Source: Rhizophagus irregularis
Taxonomy: Eukaryota
Direction: 5' to 3'
NCBI RefSeq assembly: GCF_026210795.1
Contig: NC_089433.1
Coordinates: 1,550,001 to 1,614,000 of the forward strand
Length of the DNA: 64,000 nt
Shown here one piece after another: positions 40,374-51,900 of the stretch. The notes below the pieces were generated by a model. The model was not told where the DNA came from. It ran no database searches and was given only the letters and a program-made list of their open reading frames with translations. The position numbers and the translations under genes are program-made. Numbering within the stretch: the first letter of the stretch is position 1; each line of letters begins with the position of its first letter.

Positions 40374-42535
40374 CCGTATTTTGCGGGCCACAGTACCCCC
40401 CTATGCACAGTACCCTACACAAAAATTTTGTCAGATTTTTTAAATACCTGGATATTTCGCACAGAGACTGGAGACATTCAATTTTTAACCTCCAAAATTT
40501 ATAAAATCTCTGGGTACAACACAAGAAAAAAAACATATACACTGTATAATATCCGGGTATTTATTATCAACTTTATTTATTATATATGATATTACAATAT
40601 GCAATACATTATTAAAATCCTTCAATATAGAACATTATTCTTCATCAGAAGTTAGTTCTTGATTTTGATTTCCATCTTCTCCACTACTATTATTACCACC
40701 ATTGTTTTCTTTACTCTTACCTTTATCTGTTTCAATTTCCCATTCATTTTCATAATCATTTTCTTCGGTATATTCATTTTATTCATCATCTGAATTATTT
40801 ATATCTACCTCATCATCATCCTCCGGCATGCCTAGTAACTTATCATAATCAAATAAGTCATTATCTTTCGAACCATCGGTATTTGTTGAAACTCCACAAC
40901 ATTTGAAAGACCTTCTAATAAGATCTTTGTCAACATCATCCCATGATTCCTTGACCCATGTTGCAACTGTTGAATAGGAAGGTTTTTTAATCCTTCCAGC
41001 TGGAGTAAGAGTATGAATGGTAGAAGACATCTAATCATTATATCGTTCTTTAACCTGCAAATTATAAATAAATGTTAACAAAAATCAAAGAATTTATAAA
41101 TAAAACATGCTAAATTGCTAACAATAAAAAATTTTAAAGAATTATATACAATTTTTACCTTAGCTTTAAAGCTTTTGTTAATTGCAACGTCTAATGGTTG
41201 CAATTTAGATGTGCAACCACCTGGAATTACGGCAATATTTGTATTTTTTTCTACCAACCGATTTTTAACAGAACTTACAATATGACCACGAAAAGAATCC
41301 AAAACCAGTAAGGAACGCGAATTACCAAAAGGGTTTCTTGAGGTCCATACAGTTTCAATCCACCATAGCATTTCCTTTTCATTCATCCATCCTTTTTCAT
41401 TAGCTCGTATATGAATACCATGTGGAAAATTTTCTTTTGGCACATTTTTCAATTTAAAAATGCAAACTGCTGGGAGCTTACTGCCATCAGCCATACATGC
41501 AAAGTACAACTGTAAAAGATGAGCGCTCATGGCCTGTAGTACGAATGCTGACTGTTTTTGCGCCCTTATGGTCTATAGTGAAATTACTTGGCAAATCAAA
41601 CCATAGTGGTGTCTCATCCATATTACCTATATATTTTAATGGATAGTCATGCTGAATCCTTCTATATAAAATATAACTCAAAAAACGTTTTGTTTTTCAA
41701 TCAAATCTGATGGTAATTGTTGTGCTACAGTTGTTCTATGACGTTCGCTAAGATTATATCTTCCTAAAAAACCACTTAACCATTTATTTGAAAATTTAAA
41801 TGAAGTGATATTTGGATTATTTGCTAAAAAATCCTGATTTCTAGACAACGTGATAGCTTTTTTGGTGATCATTTTTCGAGTAACAGGATTTTGATTTGTT
41901 CTTCTTTTACAAACCCACGTAAATAAATCATCTTCTATATCTGAATATTTAGCAGATTTACCCGGATGAAGCTTAAGAACATGAGGCGCAAATGCTAATA
42001 ACTTAGCTTTATTGTTATTCCAATCACGCACTTGTTTTGGTTGAATATTAAAATATTTTGCAGTTTCACGTTTACTTCCTCAATTATTTTCCAAATAATG
42101 CACTACCATTAATTTTTCTCTTACATTCCATTGTCGTCTTTTCTTTTGTGATAAGCGATTACGTGCTTTTGGATTTTTTCTGTTTCTGATAACAACCATT
42201 TTTACTTTGAAATAAATTCGCATCACAAATAAAAGACAAAGAAAAAAATACGCGTTTATCATTTTAAAGAATTTATGTATTATACAAAAATAAGGGGAAC
42301 AGATAAACGTGATTTATATGAATCTTTTTTCCTGAAAAAAGTAATTTTCCTTACTTTTTAAATTTAAATATATCCGGATATTATACAAGGTAAGTATCCC
42401 GGGTACTTTATAAATCTTATACCCCCTTATGCACAGTACTTATGCTGTACCCCCCTATATAATATACCCCGGGTATAGCCTCCAACTCCCTAAAATATGC
42501 ATCATACCCGGGGTACTGTGGCCCCTGTTATACGG
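40374..42535 (-). mobile_element. Pogo/Tigger-like Tc1/mariner DNA transposon
   Basis: TIRs CCGTATTTTGCGGGCCACAGTACCCC / GGGGTACTGTGGCCCCTGTTATACGG, TA TSD, internal transposase. Confidence 0.92.
40635..42199 (-). pseudogene. Pogo-type DDE transposase (HTH + CENP-B-like HTH + DDE), frameshifted
   Basis: FKFSNKWLSGFLGRYNLS, IGNMDETPLWFD, LLVLDSFRGH and IPGGCTSKLQPLDVAINKSFK spread over several broken ORFs; one intron near 41055-41158; acidic tail. Confidence 0.9.
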
Positions 42536-43158
42536 TAATAGCCTAATAGGTGCTATTTCACCTGGTCTTAACATCTAATTGTGATTTGTAATATGTTAAA
42601 TTTTCTATTAAACACAATTTTTGTAATCTATTACACCTTAGAGTTGAGTGTTTAATTTTTTCATTAACTCACGAATTTTAACAATCTCATCATCAATAAT
42701 TTTAATTTCTTGCTGCGCGGCCAAATTTAAAATATGTGCAGAACACCTATAATGTCAAAAAAACTGATCATTAAGTTCTCTTGTAAGTTTTTCTGCAATT
42801 ATTCTTCTACAAACTACCATTGCCGATTCATTATCAGTAGTTAAAGCCAAAGTTTTTTCAAGTACAGTCAACTCTTTTTATAGTTACTCTGTTATAGTCA
42901 CATTTTACTATATAGTCGCACCAGTTGAATGTTCAAAACACTTTATTATTAAAATCTATCATATATAGTCACAATCTATCTATAGTTACTATCACACCTA
43001 TCCTCAAAAATCTTATATTAAAAAGAACCGTTTATAATTATAGTTATATAAAGAATATATTAAATAACTTGGCATCTAATAATTGTATAAAGATGTGTCA
43101 TAGCTTGTTAGAATCGTCTCACTAAGACGAATCGAATGGTGGTAATTTTATCCTTTTA

Positions 43159-43662
43159 CTGTGCAAACAGTCTTATGACTTTATCTTTTATTTATATTTT
43201 AAATCGAAACTAGAGAGTAGAGACGAACAATATTACAAAATAAGAAAATAAACTAATAAAAAATAAAAAGAATAGCTTCACGATTCATACAAGTAAAGAA
43301 ATCTAAACTAAAATAAATTAAAGAAAAGAAAAACTAAACTATTACAGAATCGCATACTCCAACTTTACCCGAAGGCCAGTGTAAGTCAACTATCCAACAT
43401 CCAAAAATCCAGTCTGTTACCAGAAAGAGATCCTAAGAGGTTGAACTATTAAGCAGCACAGAAAATCCAAGTGCGAGATCTAAGATCCACCCTGAATTAT
43501 AGAAGAGAATATCCAAGAAATCCAGGAATCCTGAGAAACTGACGCCAAAGAAGAGATGTGATGATGAAGAGAAGTATTAGAAGAAGAAGTGATAGAGAGG
43601 CTTCGTGATTTTGAGGAAGCGAAAATCCCTTGAGATTCTTCCCAAGCATAGAAAAGAACAAG
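43159..43662 (-). mobile_element. 5'-truncated LINE 3' end (relative of 46692-54671), copy A
   Basis: Reverse complement matches the end of ORF2 (DSWISWI..SII.GGS) and the 3' UTR ending GTCATAAGACTGTTTGC; flanked by TTTTATCCTTTTA. Confidence 0.9.
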
Positions 43663-43675
43663 TTTTATCCTTTTA

Positions 43676-44069
43676 CTATGCAAACAGTCTTATGACTTTA
43701 TTTTTTATTTATATTTTAACTTCAAAAATTTTAAAATCGAACAATATTACAAAAATAAGAAAATAAATTAATAAAAAATAAAAGAGTAGCTTTATGACTC
43801 ATACAAGTAAAGAAATCTAAACTAAAATAAAATTAAAGAAAAGAAAAACTAAACTATTACAGAATCGCATACCCTAACTTTACCCGAAGGCCAGTGTGAG
43901 TCAATTATCCATCATCCAAAAATTCAATATGTTACTAGAAAGAGACCCTAAGAGGTTGAACTGTTAAGCGGTGCAGAAAATCCAAGTGTGAGATCTAAGA
44001 TCCGCCTCGGATTATAGAAGAGGATATCCAAAAAATACAGGAATCCTGAGGAACTGTCGCCAAAGAGAG
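43676..44069 (-). mobile_element. 5'-truncated LINE 3' end, copy B
   Basis: Same 3' UTR with a shorter 5' extent; flanked by TTTTATCCTTTTA. Confidence 0.9.
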
Positions 44070-44216
44070 TTTTATCCTTTTATGATTACTGGCTGATGAG
44101 TTATTCAACAAAATGTTAAGCATCAGCATTATTATATTTCTTGATTTACGTTTACTGCGTCATTTAACATTTTGCTAAATATCTCGGTACCTAGTAATTG
44201 TAAAAAGACGATTAAT

Positions 44217-44433
44217 GAGTATCAGTGTCATGCAATGGGTATAGAATGAGTAGGCAACGTGTACCTAGCTTCAGATCAGCCTAAAATGGCCCGATAGGGA
44301 ATGTCTTCAAGTGGTGCTGTTACCTGAGGAATTAAGTACTCGGTTATAATGGTATCTATGGAGATGATAGGACACAAACCCGAAATTAGTCTCATAAGAG
44401 GCAATGGGTGGTCTGGCCGTAAACACTAGCAAA
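44217..44433 (+). mobile_element. Short GC-richer retro-insertion, probably a 5'-truncated SINE of a second family
   Basis: Flanked by the 17-bp direct repeat GTAAAAAGACGATTAAT (44200-44216, 44434-44450); no ORF. Confidence 0.65.
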
Positions 44434-44943
44434 GTAAAAAGACGATTAATAGCTTATTGGAATCACCTCATCAAGACGAATCGAATGGTGGTAGGCTTAT
44501 CTCTCCGTGATCAATATCGACGGAGTTACTACTTAAAAACTATTTAATATTTTTTAATTTTGGAAATTGATCTAGTGATTGGATTTCGATATATTTTATA
44601 CCATTAGATTCGTCGCATTAAGACGAATCGAATGGTAGTAAGATCGTCTCTCTAGGATCAATATTGGCAGAATTATTACACAAAAAACCATTAATATTTT
44701 TTAATTTCAGAAATTAATCTAATGATTGGATTTCAATGTATTTTAAACCATTAGAACCGTCTCATCAAGACAAATTAAATGGCGGTAAGATCATCTCTCT
44801 ACAATTAATATTGGAGGAGTTACGATACAATAAAGTTTTAAGTATAATTTTGACTAAAATTATGTTAATTTTTGGCCAGAATTATGATATACTAATATAA
44901 GAAATTTTTTATATAGTCACATCTCTTTATAATCACCAAATAT

Positions 44944-46676
44944 ATGGGTTGGTCACCCTATCTTAGTGGTTAGTCACTGAGACCCTCATTAAGCCTGAGT
45001 ATGGTGAGGTCGCAGGTTCGATTCCTATGACCACGGAAATAAAAGAATTTTACTGCGGACGCTACAACCAATAGTGTGAAGGTACAGGGGATTAGTGTAG
45101 TTGGACTGCATCATGGTGAATTAGTGTGTACGGTTAGGCCGCACATTTCAACTAAGGGTCATGGTGTCCTTCTAACGTTCCCTATGAGGCCATTGGCATG
45201 TGCGCAGTCCTGTCCGGCGAGGTCGCTACTATACCTTGGGAGGAGGCTTCCATGGCCAGGTGGTCACTCTACGATACCGCTTGGGGTCAGTAATGGCTAG
45301 ATGGTCGTTCTAGATGGTAAAGCTGACGGTGCAATGTCTTAGTGGTAGTTTGACCTTCTGTTAGGTCATAGACCAACCAAGGTGTTCGTGCACAGACAGA
45401 TAGCTTGGTGATTGGGTTCCGATTCCATCTCGATGGGCGCAATGGTTGGTGATTCATAGTGGTTCGATACCCACCATAAGGGATGATCCTGGGTAACACC
45501 TACAAGCTTACTGTCCAGGTGGTCACTACAAAGTATACCACTTGGGGATTACAACTGTACTATCGGTGGTGGGTAATCGTGGGCTGTAGTGGCCTTTGAG
45601 TGAGACCTGTTACCTAATATGGTGGTATGGAAGGGTCTAGATGTTTGAAGGTTATCTGACGAAAGTCCTCTGTGACAGTAGTAGTGGTGAGGGGTTTATA
45701 ATAGTAGCCATTACAGTATCATGCAACAGATTAAAGGACGAGTAGGGTGGTGTTCTTCCGATCCAAAGGCCTTCGGGTCCCTGGGGTATGCCTGATTGAT
45801 GGACGTGCTGGATAAGTTGTCTTGGTTAAAAGGTGGCCTGGATGACATCTGGTGGTTCAATGATGGCGAGGATACGAACGACCTACCTCCATAACCTTCA
45901 ATAGAGGGTGCGGAAAGTAGTGGCTATAGTTGTTTCCGAAATTCAATTGGCAAATCCGAAATCCGAAATTACGAAATCGTAATTAATTACGTATTCCGAA
46001 ATTCCGAAATTTGCATAATAGTGCGAAATTGCGAATATCTCGGGATCTAGTGATCAGATTTTGATGATCTTACTACCATTCGATTCGTCTCATCGAGACG
46101 AATCTAATAATATGTGTTTCATATCTATAGCACCGATATTGATGGAGTTAATTTACTATAAACATTTAATGAATTTTTGTGTCGGAGCACGATCTAGTGA
46201 TTAGATTTGAATGAATTTACCACCATTCGATTTGTCATGACGAGACGATTCTAATGGCGGTAAGATCATCTTTCTAGCATTGAAATTAACGGAGCTATTA
46301 TGCTATAAATATTTAAAAGTTATTGGTATCGGAGCGCGATCTAGTGATTGGATTTAAATGATCTTACTACCATTAGAATCGCCTTATCGAGACGAATCAA
46401 ATGGTAGTAAGATCATCCAAAACGGATCACTGGGTGCCGAGTTATTATTTATTAAAGTTTTTATATATAAATCGGCAAAAATTAAGGCTAATTCTGGCCA
46501 AATATTTTCGTAATACGAAATTAATTACGGAGTCCGAAATTAATTACGGAATACGGAGTTTTTCTAATGAATTACCTAATAATTACAGAATTACGTAATT
46601 ACGTATTTCTGTAATACTAAAATAATTTCGGACACAAGTATAGTAGTGGCCACTAAACGTACAATACACTTGTAAA
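44944..46676 (+). mobile_element. ~1 kb tRNA-headed SINE-like element, copy 1 (interrupted by a MITE)
   Basis: A-box-like TCTTAGTGGTTAG and B-box GGTTCGATTCC at the 5' end; non-coding body homologous to 54687-55698; flanked by TSD ATAATCACCAAATAT. Confidence 0.8.
45925..46642. mobile_element. hAT-type MITE inserted near the 3' end of SINE copy 1
   Basis: TIRs TATAGTTGTTTCCGAAATT / AATTTCGGACACAAGTATA; 8-bp TSD GTAGTGGC; the empty site is visible in SINE copy 2. Confidence 0.9.
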
Positions 46677-46832
46677 ATAATCACCAAATATGAGGATCAT
46701 CGCAACTCTTTCCTGAAATTTTGAAAATACTAATAAAATTTATTTTTGAAATTTTCGTTCGAAAATTTCTTAGTGCTCGTTCTAAATACTAATATTTTCC
46801 CAGTTGCTTTCCTCTTTACTGAGCTTTAAACT

Positions 46833-48956
46833 ATGACTACACCTCCAACTCCTTCTGTTATTAACCCGGATATTCCACCGCCACCGCGTCCTGTTATTTC
46901 TACTCCCTCTGGAGACTGACCTTTATCTCCCACTAGTACCGCTGGCGCACCTAATAAACGTACACGTACTGTCTCTGATGACGCGATGAATGTTGATATA
47001 ACTTCGCCCTCTGCTCCTGCTCCCTCCCTTATTTCTACCGTTCCTTCTGGTCTTCCTGTCAACAAAGTCCATGTGATTACCTCTCCTCATAATACTACTA
47101 CTCCTGTTGATACTGTTGACGCTTCTATCCATGCTCCCTCCAACACCAGTGGTAAAGGCAAAGCTGTCGCCTTTGATATCCCAGAACGATGACCATCTCC
47201 TGATGGGAATGCTGCTGCTATCAAATCTGCACCTTCTCGTTATCATGCTGCGGCCTACCTACGCGATGCGCCTGACGCGTTCAAAGCTAAATTCACCACC
47301 AATCGCTCCATGTGTGACGAAGTGGATTGTTCCCTCTCCCGTTATTCTTCTTATGGCGCTCGCGCACGATGTGAAGGATCAGGCGATAACAAGAAAATCC
47401 TTGTCTTCTTCAATAATCATGATGATTATACCGATTGTATCACCTCCCCACGTGCTGATCTCCTCGATTTGGCCTTCAGTCATTATTCCCCTGCAGACGT
47501 CAAGCTCAGTGATGAAATGAAGTCTTTGTTCGTCACTGATATTCCACTTTTTCTAACCGAGACTCAAGTCCGTCAGGCATTTTCCAGATATGGCACGGTA
47601 ATCAAGTGCAAATTTACTCCTAGGAAACATTACTATAATGGACATATCCAGTTTTCCTCCGTGGATGCAGTTACCCAATTTAATGATATATGGGCGATCA
47701 TTTGCCTTGGTAATTCTTTACGTGTCTGCCCGGCATCCTTTTCGAAATCCCAATGCGATAGCTGCAGAGAACATGTTGCTATCCTCGCCGGCATCCCAAA
47801 GAATATTAAAGAAGCTGACCTGTTGGAAATTGCTACTCAAGTTAACGCTAAGGCCTTTAACGTTCCTCTATCTATCAGTTCTTACAAGCCTAAACCCTAT
47901 GTATATTTGAATTTCTCCTCATTTGAATCTCTTGAAGCTGCCAAAGAAATGACCGTGGCTTTCCGCGGCAAAGGATTAACATGGCACCCTCCCAATGAAG
48001 CACAAACTTTATGCCACGTTTGTGGGCGTCCTGGTTGTTCTCCTTCTGTATGTAATCTTCGTATCACACAGAAAGTGGATGATCGCCTTAATAAACTTTA
48101 TTCTTGCTTCAATGCTGGCCCTAGACGTGGTTGTCAGGATTCACGCCAATTACGTGAAAATTCCAATTCCCGTTCAAGATCGCGATCCAATTCTAGATCC
48201 CGCAATAATAATTCCTCTTCATCCCGTTCCGACAACAATAACAATAATACTAACACTTCTCGTCCCAATACTTCTCAAAGTACCAACCGGACCAACAATA
48301 ATACTAATAATCACAGGAACAATGAAAATTCTTCTGGCTCTACTCAATCTCCACATAAACCTCATTCTGTCAGTTTTACACCACCTACTTCTCCATCTGA
48401 CAATTATGCCCATACACTTCCTCAACATATTATTGATGAATTAAAAGCGCAGATCAAAGAGATCGCTAAAACCCTACGTACTCTAGAGGAAACTGTCTCT
48501 TGGATGAATGATACTATCACGTCCCATGAGTATAGGCTATCTGAGCTTGAATCAATGATGAATTATGACAACCCTAATGACTCTGATTTGTATCCGCCTC
48601 GTGATGATCATGAAAATCAAAATCATTCTTATGATATAAATGGATGGGATGATGCTCCAACCCAAGACACGAATTCTGAATTCAATCTTCCTCCCCATAC
48701 TTCCCCTTCTCTTATGGACACTTCTCCTGATGCTTCTTTCTCAGTCCTGAATCCTAATTCCGTCTTATCAAGAAGACATGTCCCGTTACCTAACTCCCGA
48801 CCTACTATTATTGCTCCTGATGCTAATACTTCCCGTTTGCAATCGGAAATTTTTAATGTCACCAATACACAAAAGAATCTTTCTGCCCAACTTGGTTCGA
48901 TTATGGAAAAATTGGACTCTTTCTCTCCCTCAAAACCCTCCCCTTTCAATGATTGA
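46833..48956 (+). pseudogene. LINE ORF1 (RRM-like domains, Cys knuckle, RS/N-rich linker, coiled coil) with two in-frame TGA stops
   Basis: ATG 46833 is in frame with ORFs 46986 and 47310; SLFVTDIPLFLTETQVRQAFSRYGTVIKC and KPYVYLNFSS (RRM-like), CHVCGRPGCSPSVC, LKAQIKEIAKTLRTLEE. Confidence 0.85.
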
Positions 48957-51900
48957 ACACCAATTTATATCGGGTGCTTCACAGGGATCTCACCCCCCTG
49001 ATAGTGCGCTACTTAATATTAATAGTCCTAATAACTGTCCTTCTTCCTTTTCTCCTCTTATTAATTTTGGACAAATCAATGTTAATGGTTTGTGCTCCCC
49101 TATTCGACAATTATATTTGTTAAATTATTTTCTTCATTCTTCTTTTGGCGTTTTATCTTTAAATGATACTCGTCTTACTTCTTCCAGTGCTAAATTTATT
49201 TATCAAACTGAACATTCCCAACATAATTTTAAGTCCTATTAGGCTCCTTCCCCTTCTAATTCACGACCTCATGATGGTGTTGGTCTTTTACTTCGCCATC
49301 CCTTACATAAACATGTTCAGAAGATTGATCCTTGGAAAGGTCGTCTTTTAAAATTAGATCTTTTTTTTCATCAAACTAAAATTTCTATTATTTCAGTTTA
49401 TATTCCTCCTTATCATTCTATTCATTACAAAGAACGTGATGCTATTTCTGCACAACTTAATTTATGGCTTGATAGAGCCCGTTCTAATAATTATCATGTA
49501 GTTATCCTTGGTGATTTTAATGCAGATGAAATTTCACATTCACATCTTCCTCAACATCATTTGAAAATTTTGCGATCACTTTCTTCTCGATATTTTACAG
49601 ATCATCAATCCCATATTTCTTCAATTTCAGGTCCTAGTTCTACCTTTTATCATCAGAATGGTTCTTCAAGACTTGATTATATTTGGTCATCACCTGGATT
49701 TCCTGCTCCCAGTCTTTTCTCTTATGTTGAATCTTGTCCCAAGTTGAATGATAACCAATTTACTGATCACCGTGTCCTCATTGCGGCCTTCGACTTTAAT
49801 TCTTGTTTCGCTACTTTAGCTAAAGCTAGACTAAAACAGAAAAGCGAACAACGCACCATTTTTCTTTACAAGAATTTAAAAGAAGACACTTGGGACACAT
49901 TTTCTAACGAAGTAAATTCACGTCTCGAGTTGTATTTGGCCACACACCATCCTTCCGTATCTTCACTTTCAGCTATTTCCTTAGACAAACTTTGGCACGC
50001 TTTTAAACGCTCTATTCTTGGTGGTGCCATTGATTCTCTTCCATTTCAACATGTATCTAATACTCATCATTATAAATATTCTCCGGAACTTACGATGCTT
50101 ATTGCTATCAACAAATTCTTGGATAGATTATTGTTTAAATTGACCACATCTAGGACTAATCGTCCCGCTCAGATTTCACAAATGATTAATTCTTTACCTA
50201 CACAATTAATTATTTTGAAATCCCTTTAACAGATTATACTATACCTATTTATAGTACTACACCACTTCCTGCTTTTGTCAAATTTTTGCGTTCACAAAAA
50301 GCTTTGGTCTCTGCTTATCTTTCCACGCTATTTCATCAACATCGTGTGGATTCCATTGAATATTATACTGCTCTTAGAGACGAACAATTCTCTATGTCAC
50401 CGGGTTCCTTTATTTCTTCAGCCCTGTCAGTGGAACATCGCTCTATCGTTCTTGATAGAGTCTTGGTTGTAATTGACTCCAAACCCACGTTACTTACCAA
50501 GCCTTCAGACATCAAACAAGCTGCTATCAAACACTTCCAATCGGTTGTTACTCCTCCATTGGTTCAGCATTCTTCTATTGATGAATTTCCTCCACGCTGG
50601 CAAAGAGCATATACTCCTATTTCTGACATTGACTTGTCTTTATATACTTCGGTCTTGTCTCCTATTCTGGAAGAAGAATGGAAGAACACTATCCAGTCTA
50701 TGCCTAATAACAAAGCCTCTGGTCCTTCAAAAATTTCTTATGAAATGCTCAAACATTTAACTGGAGAAGCTTTCAATTTGTCTCTTGTTTTAGCCAATGC
50801 CTGCCTTACTCATGGTGATATTCCTGCGGATTGGTGTGAAGCGCTTGTTTATCCCATCCTGAAGCCTCATGAATTTGATGCACAATTAAAGAATACACGA
50901 CCTATCACTTTATTAGAAACTGTTCGTAAATGTGTGGTCAAGGTCGTTACAACTCGTCTTTCAAAAATCCTAGCTGATAATCAAATACTTCAGGGTGGTA
51001 ATTTTGCTGGATTACCAGGTGGATCCACTGACATTCCTATCAAAATGCTTGATGCGATTATTCATCAACGCCGCTTTGACAAAACTGATGACCAAGAGTT
51101 ATGGATTGTTTCCCAAGACATTTTTAAGGCCTTTGACTCGATTGATTTAAATATGCTCAAGTTGGCTTTAATCCGTTTACATATTCCGCCCTTGTTGATA
51201 AAATTTATTATCAATCTTTTCACAAGACGCAATAATAAAATTATTACTCATTATGGTGATACTTCCGGATATAGAGTTAGAATCGGTATTGATCAGGGTG
51301 AAATTATTTCCCCATTATTATGGGTGATATATTTAGATCCTTTGCTTACTACACTTAATCGAGAAGCTTGTGATCCCTTCCTTTTGAAATCTTCTGCGTT
51401 ATTAGATTATTCCCCGATTGAATATGAACAACATAACCTTCCTGTTTCACATATCACATTTATGGATGACTCTACTTTGATTGCTTCATCTAAACGAGGA
51501 ATTGAAGATCGCCTTTCCATTACAGCTGAATTTTATACTTTAAATAATACTCAAGCTAATTCAGCTAAATATATCTTTCTTTCTTCTGAACAATTCTCTC
51601 AACCTGTAGTGTTTGATCTTTTCCCATCTTCTTTAATCCAAACTTGTACTCTTACTTTAAAAGCTTTAGCTTTATTCAAGTCTTTTCGCTTTTTAGGTGT
51701 CTGGTTTTGCCTTTCAGCTTCTTCTCGCTTTGTTCATGATCAAAGTACTTCCATGGTCAAAGACATGGCTGCTCTACTCAGTCCTAAGAAACTTTTGGCA
51801 CAACATGTGGCTTATCTTTATAACGTTGTCTTACTTCCAAGGCTAGAATTTCGCCTACAAACCACATTATTTGCTGAATCCACCATTAATCGCATAGTTT

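Noticed and set aside
44460..44830. CRISPR-like array from regularly spaced GACGAATCGAATGG repeats
   Set aside because: Eukaryotic context, the intervening sequences are homologous to each other (tandem units), and there are no cas genes
44950..45033. Functional tRNA gene at the SINE head (also 54692-54775)
   Set aside because: A/B boxes are present, but the D and T stems do not pair properly and no terminator follows
45076..45499. ORFs within SINE copy 1
   Set aside because: Copy 2 has indels across this region and no domain is recognisable
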